A stretch of 64,000 nt of DNA from positions 1,364,001 through 1,428,000 of the forward strand of contig OX337236.1 in assembly GCA_946965045.2 (NCBI GenBank), read 5' to 3'. This document shows positions 23,716 to 34,206 of this stretch, one piece after another. This DNA is from Epithemia pelagica. Taxonomy: Eukaryota > Protista > Bacillariophyta. The translations under genes were made by a program, and so were the position numbers. Each line of letters opens with the position of its first letter. Position 1 is the first letter of the stretch. The notes beneath the pieces are model-generated. The model did not search any database and had not been told where the DNA came from. It worked only from the letters and a program-made list of their open reading frames with translations.

Positions 23716-23754
23716 TTGGTCTTGGTCGCGCGTTTGCATTATTTTGCGCGGATA
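23716..23754. promoter_or_regulatory. Conserved upstream block of duplicate copy 1 (copy 2 at 25293-25331)
   Basis: 38/39 nt identical between the two promoters, whereas the adjacent ~30 nt on the ATG side does not align. Confidence 0.45.
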
Positions 23755-24349
23755 GATTCGCTAGCCAACTGGTCTCTATGCGCTATGCAGTCCGGGCCAA
23801 GGTGAGATAGTCTACCCGAACTTCAGGGCAAAGAATAGGTATTGCCAAGCAAGATCTAGCAACAGGATTTCGAATCGCTTCCTTTCTGTCCCAGCTACTC
23901 CTACTTTCATCTTTGAACTTGGAAGTTGGGATGAAACAGCAATGGGACACTGATGCCGATCCCATGTGAAAGGCTTAAGCTTGCATCGACCGTACCAGAG
24001 TTCTCTGGAGTCGAACCTAACGCAGATGAATCGAGTTGGATATGAAAACGCACTTTCTCCTAATCCCGAGTTTGACATTGTTTTGAGGTATGCTGCCTAT
24101 TTCGTTGCCTAGGCCGCGATGCGAATACAACATGGTACCTCCGATCTGGATAGGGCTTTCAGTGACATGCTGTTACCTTGTAGTGCCCAGCATTACAGTC
24201 TCAAGAAAGAAAAATGGATTGAATAACGCTGTTTAACCAGTTCTTTTATTTCCATTTCTTCTAGTTTAGTCTTTCTCTTCTATCTATAAAGAAACAAAGA
24301 GTTGCTGTCAGATTGCAACTTCTTGTGAGCCTCTTGTCTTTCGAGGGAA

Positions 24350-25198
24350 TTAATTCTTTACGATCTTGACAGTTTCGACTGACGCGATTTTGTCATGTGA
24401 GGAATGCGCACGGTTAAAGCAGGTGAATCTATCTCCCATGTAACTTCCCTGGAGAGCATACTCCAACACGCCTCCTTCCTTGGGTTTCATGAAAATAATC
24501 TTGAGAGCACTGTCAAGGCTTTGGATCCAACCCGAATAATTCGCAAAGGCCTCATTGAAATTCAGATGCACACGATTCGAGAGGTCACCAAAATCCTCTG
24601 GTTTCGTACCCGATGGAAAGGTAAGAGCTGTGCCATTTTCATCAAACGTAGCTTCAAAAGCTTCAAAACACTGTTCTCGATTGTAAGGTTGTGATCCATC
24701 ATGCTTGATAAACAGATTCTTCAGGTTTTCAATTGCGAGCAAACGTGTTTCTTTCCGCTCCAAATGGTAGATTTTGTTGTCCCTTGTCTCCGCGGATAGG
24801 TGAACAACAGCAGTGTGACCCATTTGGTCCAGCTGAACAAAGTATTCAATCTTATCTGCAGAAGGAGCCTGAATCGACACGTTTTCAACCTTGACACGCT
24901 TCTTAGCATATGCCAGGAAGACTTGCTGATAGCACGAATCATGGTCCAGTTCAACTTGCTTTGCTGGATCCATTCGGTCTTCGAGAGGAGAGTCGGAGAA
25001 GTACGTCAGAACTCTGGCATCTTTGTGGAATACTTTGTTGTAGGCATTGTAGAAGTTTGTCTCTTGAACCTCGGAGCCATCAAGAAGGAGAAGGAGATCG
25101 CGAAGGTTTTGGACAATATCATGGGATGTGGCATGACAGTCGGCTTGTGCCGATTCAGGCTGGAAGGAAGCACTGGAGGTTTCAAAAGTAGTAGACAT
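24350..25198 (-). CDS. 282-aa protein with two internal NTF2/SnoaL-like repeats, tandem copy 2
   Basis: Near-identical paralog of 22770-23618, offset by 1580 bp. Confidence 0.85.
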   Translation of the reverse strand: MSTTFETSSASFQPESAQADCHATSHDIVQNLRDLLLLLDGSEVQETNFYNAYNKVFHKDARVLTYFSDSPLEDRMDPAKQVELDHDSCYQQVFLAYAKKRVKVENVSIQAPSADKIEYFVQLDQMGHTAVVHLSAETRDNKIYHLERKETRLLAIENLKNLFIKHDGSQPYNREQCFEAFEATFDENGTALTFPSGTKPEDFGDLSNRVHLNFNEAFANYSGWIQSLDSALKIIFMKPKEGGVLEYALQGSYMGDRFTCFNRAHSSHDKIASVETVKIVKN

Positions 25199-25600
25199 GG
25201 TATGTGAGTTTGAGTTGTGTTTGGTTTAGCTTGTTCGCAGTTTTTGAGTTTGTGATTTTGTGAGAAGTGAGAACGGATCCTACATTTCGGTATTGGTCTT
25301 GGTCGCGCGTCTGCATTATTTTGCGCGGATACCGTTAGCCAACTGGTATCTGCATCTATGCTATGCACTATGCAGTCCAAATCTTAGATCCAGCGTAAAA
25401 GTTTCTTTTTCACCGGTCCTAGGTAGTCCTACAACCCACAATACCAATTTTGTAGGTCGGATGTACGATGTACCCGTCGCTCGCGTCTTGTCAAACTCAC
25501 CCGATGGAAGCGGCGTTTTTTCAGATACTTGCATGGGCACGCATTGCTTCGGTAAGCCAGGATAAAGACGCGTTCTAGTGACATGGCTCCACCGTGATGT

Positions 25601-25843
25601 ATGGCCGCCGCAATTGAATCTTGGAATGAAGCCACAGTGCAGAATGATATGCTATTCAAGAAAACGTTTGGCGCATTCCAGCCTTCAGGAACAGATAGCA
25701 GGTTGAGATCGCACGGTCTCTTTGGGCTGCTATCGAATGAGCCGGGCGCGCCCGACGAGCAGAAACATTGGGAAAAGTGGCAGAAGTGCGACTTGAAACA
25801 GAACCCGCGGGACCAGAAAATCGTTGTACTCTCCAAACAATAG
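25601..25843 (+). CDS. Small hypothetical protein (80 aa)
   Basis: ATG-started ORF with a protein-like composition. No family recognised. Confidence 0.25.
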   Translation: MAAAIESWNEATVQNDMLFKKTFGAFQPSGTDSRLRSHGLFGLLSNEPGAPDEQKHWEKWQKCDLKQNPRDQKIVVLSKQ

Positions 25844-26075
25844 TAACATACAGTAAAAGCTTTTTTGTAGTTGGCAGAGCCCCACAGTACGTGTATTATA
25901 CATGGAAATGGGCATGAGAAAAGGAAAAACTCGAGGGTCTCATCGACCTGATTTTTCACATCCACAACATACCCACAGATAGAGAGAGTTGTTACTTTCC
26001 GATATCCTCACACTACATACCACGACGGGAAGCGACAGCACGCAGTTTTGTGTGCCAAACAAATAGCAAGGAGAC

Positions 26076-27583
26076 ATGAAGCACCGACAGCAGCAACAAC
26101 CACCACCACCCCAACAAGATGGCAGTTGCCGGATGCACTTGCCCGATGGCAGTTGCGTCGAGCTCTGCACACAAGAGGGAGCCAATGCCTTTTTGCAGTG
26201 TGGCCGGAATAATACTCCCATGGAATTCTTGTCGGACAGTGCCGAGCGCATTTCACGAATTCGTCGCAAGGATCGGTTGTCGGGCCAGGACCAGGAAGAA
26301 CTTCTCATGTATTACTCCTGTATGTTGGCACTCTTCGGTACGCCTCGGCCGACGTCTTTCGCGAACACGTACCCGAGACGGAACTCCAGGCCTGGTTGGA
26401 CTGTATCCGGCAGGAACTCTCCCGATTTGTGAACCACCGCAAGTTCATCGAGACGGGGGATTTGCAACCGCACGATGCGTATGTGCTCAACTCGTGTATT
26501 TTCATGTTTTGTCATGCAGTTCCCACGGCCATGGCCTTGGAAAGTGACTTGTTTCAACGCCTGGCCGACATGATTCGGGCCCGCAAGGCTCATACGGGCC
26601 GGGCACTTCCCTCGAAAGACGTGTCGGAAACCATTACCCTCCTCGTGTCCAATGCCTACATTTCCTGTCGCATGGCCTTTGACAACCCCTGGACGACGGA
26701 AAAGGCCTTGAAAAAGTTGGAGGCCACCGAAATCTTGGCCGAGCACTTGCGGTGTGCCACCATTCCTCAACAAGCAACTGCAGAGGAGGAACGGTTGGCC
26801 GCACCGGGCCTCTTTCGCATGCTGGATGACCTTCAAGCGTGTGCGCCCTTTCTGGGCAAAAAATTCAAACCCGGCGAGCCCTGTGGCGACGTGGTGCAGA
26901 CCATTCTCCAAGGAACCGACGGGAGTCCCATCCAACGACCCTCCATTCTGGCCAAACTCCGCACCATTGTGCGAGTCGTCGATTCCATCAACCGAGAGGA
27001 CCACGATCCGACAACAATTGGCAAAATGTGCCGCTACTGTGGAAAATCCGAGCATTCACAAGCCTTTCAAAATTCTCTCATGTTGTGTGGAAACTGCAAA
27101 CAAGCCTACTATTGTTCCAAGGACTGTCAAAAGGCGGATTGGAAACAGCACAAACAAGTGTGCGTGCCGGCCAAGAACTCGGACACCAAAAAGGTGGAAA
27201 AGATTCAAAACATGCTCATGACCTTTTCCAATCAGCAGTATTTGCACATCATGGTGAAAATGGTCAAGGCTTGCAAGCAATACGGACTCGACAAAAAAGA
27301 CATGTTGGTGGAACTCAACTTTACCACCGACCATCGGGGCAAGATTCCGGCCCTGCAGGATCCACCCGAGTTTAACATTGCACCCGTCAAGGATTACATT
27401 GAGGGATCACGGCCCGCCGAACCAGACTGGTTCTTCAAGAGCCAAGACAAGGCTGTATACGAATCCAACGTGAAAGGATATATTCACGCCATCCAGAGTC
27501 AGTTTGACCGCATGTTGCCGAGCCATTTTTTGTGCCTGGTGCGACATGCCAGTGGTACCTCGTGCTACAAGGTGCAACTGTAA
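26076..27583 (+). CDS. MYND zinc-finger protein with an apparent single-base frameshift near 26336-26339
   Basis: MYND motif CRYCGK...LMLCGNCKQAYYCSKDCQKADWKQHKQVC. The upstream ORF 26076-26432 and ORF 26396-27583 join if one base is restored (..MLALF[R/G]YASADVF..). Confidence 0.8.
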
Positions 27584-27715
27584 GGGATTGTTGTCTTTTA
27601 TCGTGTGTCGTTTTATTGGTGACAGACCGCACGTGTCTTTGCAAAACCCTGTTGAAGGTAAATTTGTTTCTGACCTGCCCATTCGTTTATGCTTTTGTCG
27701 ATTTTTTCATTCAGC

Positions 27716-27946
27716 ATGGAACCGGAACGCAAGAACCAAATGTATAGCCACGAAGCCGTCCTTGCCTTTAAGGCTTACATGGAGAATCCGAAAGATGATG
27801 GGCCACTCTCTTGCATTTTTGGCCCCAACTTTATGAGAATCATCAAGCGGCAGCTTGCAAGATACTATAGCATTGGATTGTCCGAAGAAGAACTGATGCA
27901 AAATGCCCGTCATGTATTGAAACACATGTTTGGTGCCGACTTTTGA
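27716..27946 (+). CDS. Small hypothetical protein (76 aa)
   Basis: ATG-started, helical-looking ORF (MEPERKNQMYSHEAVLAFKAYMENP...). No family recognised. Confidence 0.35.
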   Translation: MEPERKNQMYSHEAVLAFKAYMENPKDDGPLSCIFGPNFMRIIKRQLARYYSIGLSEEELMQNARHVLKHMFGADF

Positions 27947-28501
27947 ACGGGTCAAGCCACAGAATGTTTGTGAATCACAAACATCTATATATAGTGAGCT
28001 ACTCTGCGGAATGACAAAAGGGGGTTCCATTCATTCGGCTTTTTTCCACAGGGCATCGATGTAGAAGGTAAAATTGCAGCTTTGTCCTGGCTTGTCCCGT
28101 GATTCCTCTAGCAGCCGGACGAATCTGTTTGATGAATGGCGTGTATTTCGAAGTCCAATTCCATGACCAGTTTTTCTCAGGTCGCCATTTCACTGAAATG
28201 TGGTACCTTCTCCTTCTCGGAGCTTTAACGGTGACTCTAGCTAGGTCTACTACCTCTACCATACATGGAACACGTCATGCTTCCGAATTGTTGGACGTGC
28301 GTACCCAAAACGTGCGACCAAAGATTCCCACTGGGTCCAACAAACGCAACGAGAACGAGATGGTAGATGGTGATCGTCGTCTTCAGAGATCTCAAGTCTG
28401 ACTCAACTAAACCTTACTGTTTTTAGCAACATCATCTTTGTTCCTCGTCCTCAAACAGGTGTTGGATCTGTCAAGATCGGAGCTTCGCGACAAAAAACGA
28501 A

Positions 28502-29137
28502 ATGTTGACCAACACATTCCTTGCTCTGCTTCTTGTCTTTGCGCCGCTTGTGCGTGCCTTTGCTCCAGTACCTGTGGTTGGAACACGATTACCGACGACT
28601 GAATGCCACGCTACGGCAATCGATACCTCATTCATGTGGAATGCAGGTTTGAATTTCGGCAAAGGACAGTTCAAGTTTTATTCCAGTTTTGACGAGTGGA
28701 TGAAACCTTTCCCTGAGGAAGATCGTTCCGAATACCCTGACGTCTTCAATCTACCAAAGGGAGTCTATGAAGTGAACCTCAGAAGGCCACTTGGAATTGT
28801 CTTTGAAGAGATTGAACTTGGAAAGGGACTGTATGTGAAGGAGCTCGTTGAAGATGGCTATGCAGCGTTGGAGGGGTCCGTTCAAGTGAACGATGTTCTG
28901 GTCGGAATTACGGCGGTTAAAATTGTCGGTGCCAAGTACGAACGTCGAATGATTCCCACTCGGAATTTTGACTTTGACACCATGGTGGGTGCCGTCTCTT
29001 CCAACGAACCCAAGTGGGGATGTAATGGTGTTGTATTACTCTTTGAACGACCTGGCGAAGCCAATAGCGAGGAAGTGGATGCTTTCATGAACTTCTTTGA
29101 GCCACCATTCGACAATCCATGGAAGCAACAACAGTAG
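28502..29137 (+). CDS. Plastid-targeted PDZ-like domain protein
   Basis: Signal peptide ending VRA-FAP followed by a Thr/Arg-rich transit peptide. PDZ-like RRPLGIVFEE...VQVNDVLVGI. Confidence 0.85.
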   Translation: MLTNTFLALLLVFAPLVRAFAPVPVVGTRLPTTECHATAIDTSFMWNAGLNFGKGQFKFYSSFDEWMKPFPEEDRSEYPDVFNLPKGVYEVNLRRPLGIVFEEIELGKGLYVKELVEDGYAALEGSVQVNDVLVGITAVKIVGAKYERRMIPTRNFDFDTMVGAVSSNEPKWGCNGVVLLFERPGEANSEEVDAFMNFFEPPFDNPWKQQQ

Positions 29138-29873
29138 AGAATTACCTGAACATAGAACCCTTCCAAAAGGGCAGTTGGCTTGTCTCTGCAGTCTTTGGAG
29201 TCAATATATTTCTCTTCCGCTCGATTGGCACCTAAACTCATACAACGAAAACTTGAGGCAGCTGATAACATAGATTGCGAATGATAAAATTTACATCAAG
29301 ATACAAGCTTCGGTAAGGCACGACTTTAAGATCGTTAACGTTTGGAATTGGAGAGAAGTGGAAGATGCAAACATCGCATGAAATGTTGTAACAACACACT
29401 ATAACTTCTGGCAGTATCGTTTCTTCATAGGAGTAAAAGGGATAGAAGTGATTGGAAGGGATGAACTGCCTCGGTATCAGGAATCATAACGCAATGTATT
29501 AGAAATCATAACGCACTGCATCTAGAAACCCAGCTTATGTCGATAACATGGTTCCTAGCTCGGTCACCCTGATCACGTGATACTCTGATTCAGGCTGTCT
29601 GGATGGTCCTTCGAGTATCGGAGGGGTAGATGCGGAGCTACCTGCTCCTTTTTGGGAATGGAAAGTACGCTTGTACTCTTGCGTCTATACATACCTACTA
29701 TGAATTATAGAGTACAAAGACTCGTACACAAATCACTATAGCTTGTCAGACCGATGCTTTGAAGTTGAAGGGTTGGTCTGCTGCGATCTTTGGGCATAAC
29801 GTTAGCACGTCATAACCGGTCGGCGGAAAAACGAGGCCATCATCTCCTTGCAAAGGTTTCAAATACAACAACC

Positions 29874-31050
29874 ATGATGAAACTTGCTACCTTTGCTCTT
29901 TTGGCTTCCACCGCCTCGGCGTTCACAACGCCTCCTCTTACCTTCGCTGTTGGCAAGCCCAAGGCCGCCAAGAAGGCCGCCAAGAAGGCTGCAAAGGCCG
30001 CTGGTACCATGGCTGTTGCCAAGAAGGCCGCCCCCGTCATGAAGGCTGCTCCTGTCATGAAGGCCGCCCCCGTCATGAAGGCTGCCCCTGTCATGAAGGC
30101 TGCCCCTGTCATGAAGGCTGCCCTTGTCATGAAGGCTGCTCCCGTCATGAAGGCCGCCCCTGTCATGAAGGCCGCCCCTGTCATGAAGGCCGCTCCCGTT
30201 AAGGTACGCTCTCTCTCGCCTAGAATTTCGTTGCTTCCAGCCAGTTTCTCACTGTTGTATTTTGCTTACGATCTGCTCCTTCGATGAATGAATAGGCTGC
30301 TCCTAAGGTAAGGATTTCTCACATTTCAAAAATCATCCTTTTCTCGTCATAACTCACACGGTTGCTCTTCAGCCCACTGGTTCCGTCCCGTCCACAGCTA
30401 TCCCAGGAGAACTTGCCCCCGCTCTCCTTGACGGATCCCTCGTTGGTGATGTTGGTTTCGACCCCTGCGCCCTTTCCACAAAGGCTGACTTGCTCACCAA
30501 CTACTTCAACGGAATCGTTGGCGGACAGGGACCCACCGATGGCCTCACATGGTACCGTGAAGCCGAATTGATGCACGGACGTATTTGCATGGTTGCCGTT
30601 GTTGGATTCCTCTGGCCTGGACTTTTCGGAACCTTTGCCGGAAACGAATGGACTGGTGTTGATGCTTATTCTTACACCAACGCACTTGAAGCTTTCGGAA
30701 AGGCCCCCAGTGCTGCCCTTTTCCAGATTTTTGCTTTCATGGGAATCTTGGAATTCCGTCGTATCAACATCATCTTGGCGGATGGCGCCAGTTACATGGC
30801 CGGTGACTCCCAAAAGTGGGGACAAGGTGAGGGACGCTGGAATCCTTTGGGCCTCAACTACAGCCCTGAGGAATACGCCGATAAGCAATTGCAAGAAATC
30901 AAGCATGCCCGTTTGGCAATGGTTGCCTTCCTTGGTTTGATCCTCCAAGGAAACATCTCTGGCGTTGGTGTCATTGACCAACTCTCTGGTGCCATTGTGT
31001 CACCCGAATACGCCACCAAGGCCGGTTACTTCCTCCCCGAAGGTATCTAA
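29874..31050 (+). CDS. Fucoxanthin-chlorophyll a/c light-harvesting protein, probably Lhcr-type, with a long K/A/P-rich N-terminal repeat; one-base frameshift at 30462-30465
   Basis: ASA-F plastid signal. LHC motifs DGSLVGDVGFDP, WYREAELMHGRICMVA and QLQEIKHARLAM. Introns 30204-30295 and 30308-30372 flank a 12-nt exon. Adding one C gives GFDPLRLS and fuses the two frames. Confidence 0.92.
30024..30203 (+). repeat. Coding minisatellite, 10 x 18 bp (KAAPVM)
   Basis: AAGGCNGCNCCNGTCATG units from 30024 to 30203, with variation almost entirely at synonymous positions. Confidence 0.97.
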
Positions 31051-31344
31051 ACGGTGGAACATAGCAATGAAACCGCGATCGTTGGTTCTGCAGTTTCAAT
31101 AAGACCTTATTGCTAAGAATCACAGAAGATGCTTTTGCTGTAACAGGCGTAGCTCTGGATTGCTGAAATAAATTCTAGAGCTTCTTATGGAACTACTCCT
31201 ATTAGGAATACCACTTATTAGGAAGGCCTATCAGGAGGTAGGTAAGCATGGTATTTTCAAGGTCATCTCATTTGAAATTTTACATCGGTGGACTCGTTTG
31301 TTTAGTAGTTCGAACTTTGATAGCGCTGCGCTGGGAGCGGCAGT

Positions 31345-32316
31345 TTAGATTTGCGAATAAATGTCATCTTTCGAAGATATTGTGGTTTCGTCTATGAGCG
31401 ACGACTCTTCAAGTTCTCCTCCATCCAGGTATACATCTTTTAGTATGCCACGAAACAACTTGCCCAACAGTATGTGCACACCAGCCAGTTCCGTCGTTAG
31501 AAGGATTGAAGAAACCAGAATTGTTGCCCTTGCTTGGTGGAGAGGAAATCTATCCATGGCGCCCAATGTCACGTACAAGCACACAATGGACAAGGCAATC
31601 ATAAAGATCACAAACAGCAGAGTTGGCAGTCGGTAGTGCAGCGTGCAAGCTCGTTCCGCTTGTCGACGCGGAATAGCAGATTTGGGATGACTCTTGAGTA
31701 CCAAAATATCAAGACCGCTTGGTCTACCGATGGAATTGGACTCGTCCATAAAGGAGTTACCAGATAGAACAGGTATGAAGGCTCCCAACTCGATTTTGAT
31801 GGAGCGCGGTATAGAAGGCTCTTCCACAAAGTCACTTTCCATTACTCTTACTTGCTTCGTGACTGTGCAGTGTTCATGACGATCAATGCCTGGAGCTAGG
31901 TACTCAATCATTGCATTGTACTCGTTTCTTGAGTGGTTATGTTCTCTCGTGTTTTCGGTTTCCTTGGCCTCTGTAGAAAATGTGTGGAGGGGTGTTACGC
32001 CGTCCACCGCACCGCGACGGAACCTTGTTTCGACGACTGTAGCCCGCAGATCCAATCCCTCTTCCGCGAAAATCCTCATCAGTCCATCTTCTAAGACAGC
32101 AAAGTACCCTACACAGACTCCTACCAGGGAGAAGGTGACAGCACACAATATTCCAAGAAAGGCGATCATGCCGTCTCCATCGGCGTCAAGATCGATCTCA
32201 TTTTCACTTCCCATTTCCAGTCGATTCTCTTGCTCATTTTGGCACTGGCACAACACACACTTCCATCCGAGAATTATGGCATTGATGATTATCGTCGATG
32301 ACTGGTAGTATCTCAT
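31345..32316 (-). CDS. Hypothetical membrane protein (323 aa, signal peptide plus about 3 TM segments)
   Basis: Long ORF with an N-terminal signal-like segment and hydrophobic helices (MIAFLGILCAV..., LLFVIFMIALSIVCL...). Confidence 0.75.
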   Translation of the reverse strand: MRYYQSSTIIINAIILGWKCVLCQCQNEQENRLEMGSENEIDLDADGDGMIAFLGILCAVTFSLVGVCVGYFAVLEDGLMRIFAEEGLDLRATVVETRFRRGAVDGVTPLHTFSTEAKETENTREHNHSRNEYNAMIEYLAPGIDRHEHCTVTKQVRVMESDFVEEPSIPRSIKIELGAFIPVLSGNSFMDESNSIGRPSGLDILVLKSHPKSAIPRRQAERACTLHYRLPTLLFVIFMIALSIVCLYVTLGAMDRFPLHQARATILVSSILLTTELAGVHILLGKLFRGILKDVYLDGGELEESSLIDETTISSKDDIYSQI

Positions 32317-32633
32317 CTTTTTTCACATTATTTGTTTGATGGAGTGAGAAAGACATGAGACTGTTGGCATCGCTTTCTGCACCGCCAATCGGTGAGGGCT
32401 TCATTTCGGGACCGACTTTTTGGAGAAAAGTGGAGCTCGGCCTGCTCGATTGATGCGTTAGGCTTCAGAAGGGCAATTGTGATTAGATACGGAGGCGGTT
32501 AAGTAGTGCGCATGACAGAACAAACATAACGCTCCCATTTCTCCATTTTCGTCCCCTCCATTTCTCCCTCTGCTGATCCAAATAATACCTTCGATAGAGA
32601 CGTGACACAGAATCCTTTTGAGTTGCTTAGGGC

Positions 32634-34187
32634 ATGCTTGGGATCGCTTCCTTTTGCCTACGAGAGCAGACAATGATAAACAAGCCAACGAAAAGTTATA
32701 CTACAGAACGCAAGACGACGGTCCAAAGTTTTCTCCTTCTCGCCTTTGTTGTTGCCCAGCTGCTGTCGTCAAGGTCAACTTTTGCCCTTGCCTTCTCCAC
32801 AACCCCATCCTCTCGTGTCAAGGTCACGACAGTCGGTACTCTTTCAAAAGCTTCCGTATTGTTCATGGCGACAGCAAACTCTATTTCAGATGCAGACACC
32901 CAAAAAGCGCGACAATCATCACCCAAACATGTCTTGATTGCCGGAGGAGGTGTGATTGGCATTTCGACGGCCTATTATTTGCACAAGCATCATGCGATAG
33001 AGTCCATTACCGTGGTAGATCCGACTGGTACCATTGCACCCGCCGCTTCTGGCAAGGCGGGAGGATTTTTGGCCTTGGATTGGAACAATGGCAGTCCCAC
33101 TCAAGACTTGACGCATCGATCGTTTGCCCTCCATCAAGAGCTGGCCGACGAATTAGGAGCCTCTACCACCAACTATCGAAGGCTCGAATGTGTGGCGGTC
33201 AGTGTCAATTCCTATGATAATCATGTAAAAAGACCACGAGGCCAAAAACTTTCTTCTTTGGAATGGGTCCAAGCAAATGAAGATGATTCCAGCGTGCGGG
33301 GAATGCAAACACTGGGTGACACAACTACCATTGCCCAAGTGCATCCTCAGAAACTCTGTCAACGCATGTGGCAACAGATATCCAAAGCTGTACCCAAGAC
33401 ACAACTGATTCAGGGCCGCGTCGTGGGCCCCGTACACGATGCCGAAACAGGTCGTCTCCTGGGAGCACGAGTTCAAACAGAGGAAAACAACAACAACAAG
33501 GTCGTTGATCGAATTGTGGAGGGTGACGCGTTACTCTATGCCTGTGGACCGTGGACGGCCGACATGGTTCAGGGTGTCAAGTACCATTCCGTGGTCGTTC
33601 CTACCAGCCGCGTCTTGTCGCAATGCGTCTTTTTTAGTGGCTGTGGCGACCCCGAAGTCTATGTGCGTCCAGACTCGACGGCGTATTGCACGGGATTTCC
33701 CGAACCGGAACGCACCGTCACGGAACGACCCGGTCAAGAATGCGTCCGTCCCGACAAGATTGCCACACTGTTGGAATCGGTTCGAGATGCCAGTGGTGGT
33801 TCCAAAAAATCGCCGTCCGCCCTCTTGAACCAAAAGAAGGACAACACCGATACAACCAGTAATGAACCAAACACCTTGTCCTCGACTTTACAAACCAATG
33901 CACCACTCATGGAACAGGCTTGTTATTTGCCCACTACACCGGACAATCTTCCAGTCATGGGAGAATTGCCCCAGGAAATTTGTGGTGGACCGGATTGTTA
34001 TATCGCCACGGGTCATGGATGTTGGGGAATTTTGCTAGGACCCGCCACGGGGGAATGCATGGCCCATCTCATCATGGCAAACGGAACTACGACAGCAAAA
34101 TGTCCTGTCGATCTGACCCCGTTTGATCCCAAACGGTTTGGCATATTTCAGCTCGTACCCAACAAATTTGACCAGGGGACTTTGTAG
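32634..34187 (+). CDS. FAD-dependent oxidoreductase, DAO family (TDA3-like)
   Basis: Rossmann motif VLIAGGGVIG, plus AASGKAGGFLA, QVHPQK, DPEVYVRPD, ACYLPTTPD and ATGHGCWGILLGPATG. Possible bipartite plastid signal (LALA-FST). Confidence 0.92.
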   Translation: MLGIASFCLREQTMINKPTKSYTTERKTTVQSFLLLAFVVAQLLSSRSTFALAFSTTPSSRVKVTTVGTLSKASVLFMATANSISDADTQKARQSSPKHVLIAGGGVIGISTAYYLHKHHAIESITVVDPTGTIAPAASGKAGGFLALDWNNGSPTQDLTHRSFALHQELADELGASTTNYRRLECVAVSVNSYDNHVKRPRGQKLSSLEWVQANEDDSSVRGMQTLGDTTTIAQVHPQKLCQRMWQQISKAVPKTQLIQGRVVGPVHDAETGRLLGARVQTEENNNNKVVDRIVEGDALLYACGPWTADMVQGVKYHSVVVPTSRVLSQCVFFSGCGDPEVYVRPDSTAYCTGFPEPERTVTERPGQECVRPDKIATLLESVRDASGGSKKSPSALLNQKKDNTDTTSNEPNTLSSTLQTNAPLMEQACYLPTTPDNLPVMGELPQEICGGPDCYIATGHGCWGILLGPATGECMAHLIMANGTTTAKCPVDLTPFDPKRFGIFQLVPNKFDQGTL

Positions 34188-34206
34188 AAGGAAAGGGCAA
34201 TTCCTA

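Noticed and set aside
26312-27055. 247-aa minus-strand ORF
   Set aside because: Antisense shadow of the MYND coding sequence.
29840-30184. Minus-strand (MTGAAF)n ORF
   Set aside because: Antisense reading of the KAAPVM minisatellite; synonymous-site variation fits the plus frame.
30455-30475. Programmed ribosomal frameshift in the LHC gene
   Set aside because: No slippery heptamer or downstream structure seen; a homopolymer consensus error is simpler.
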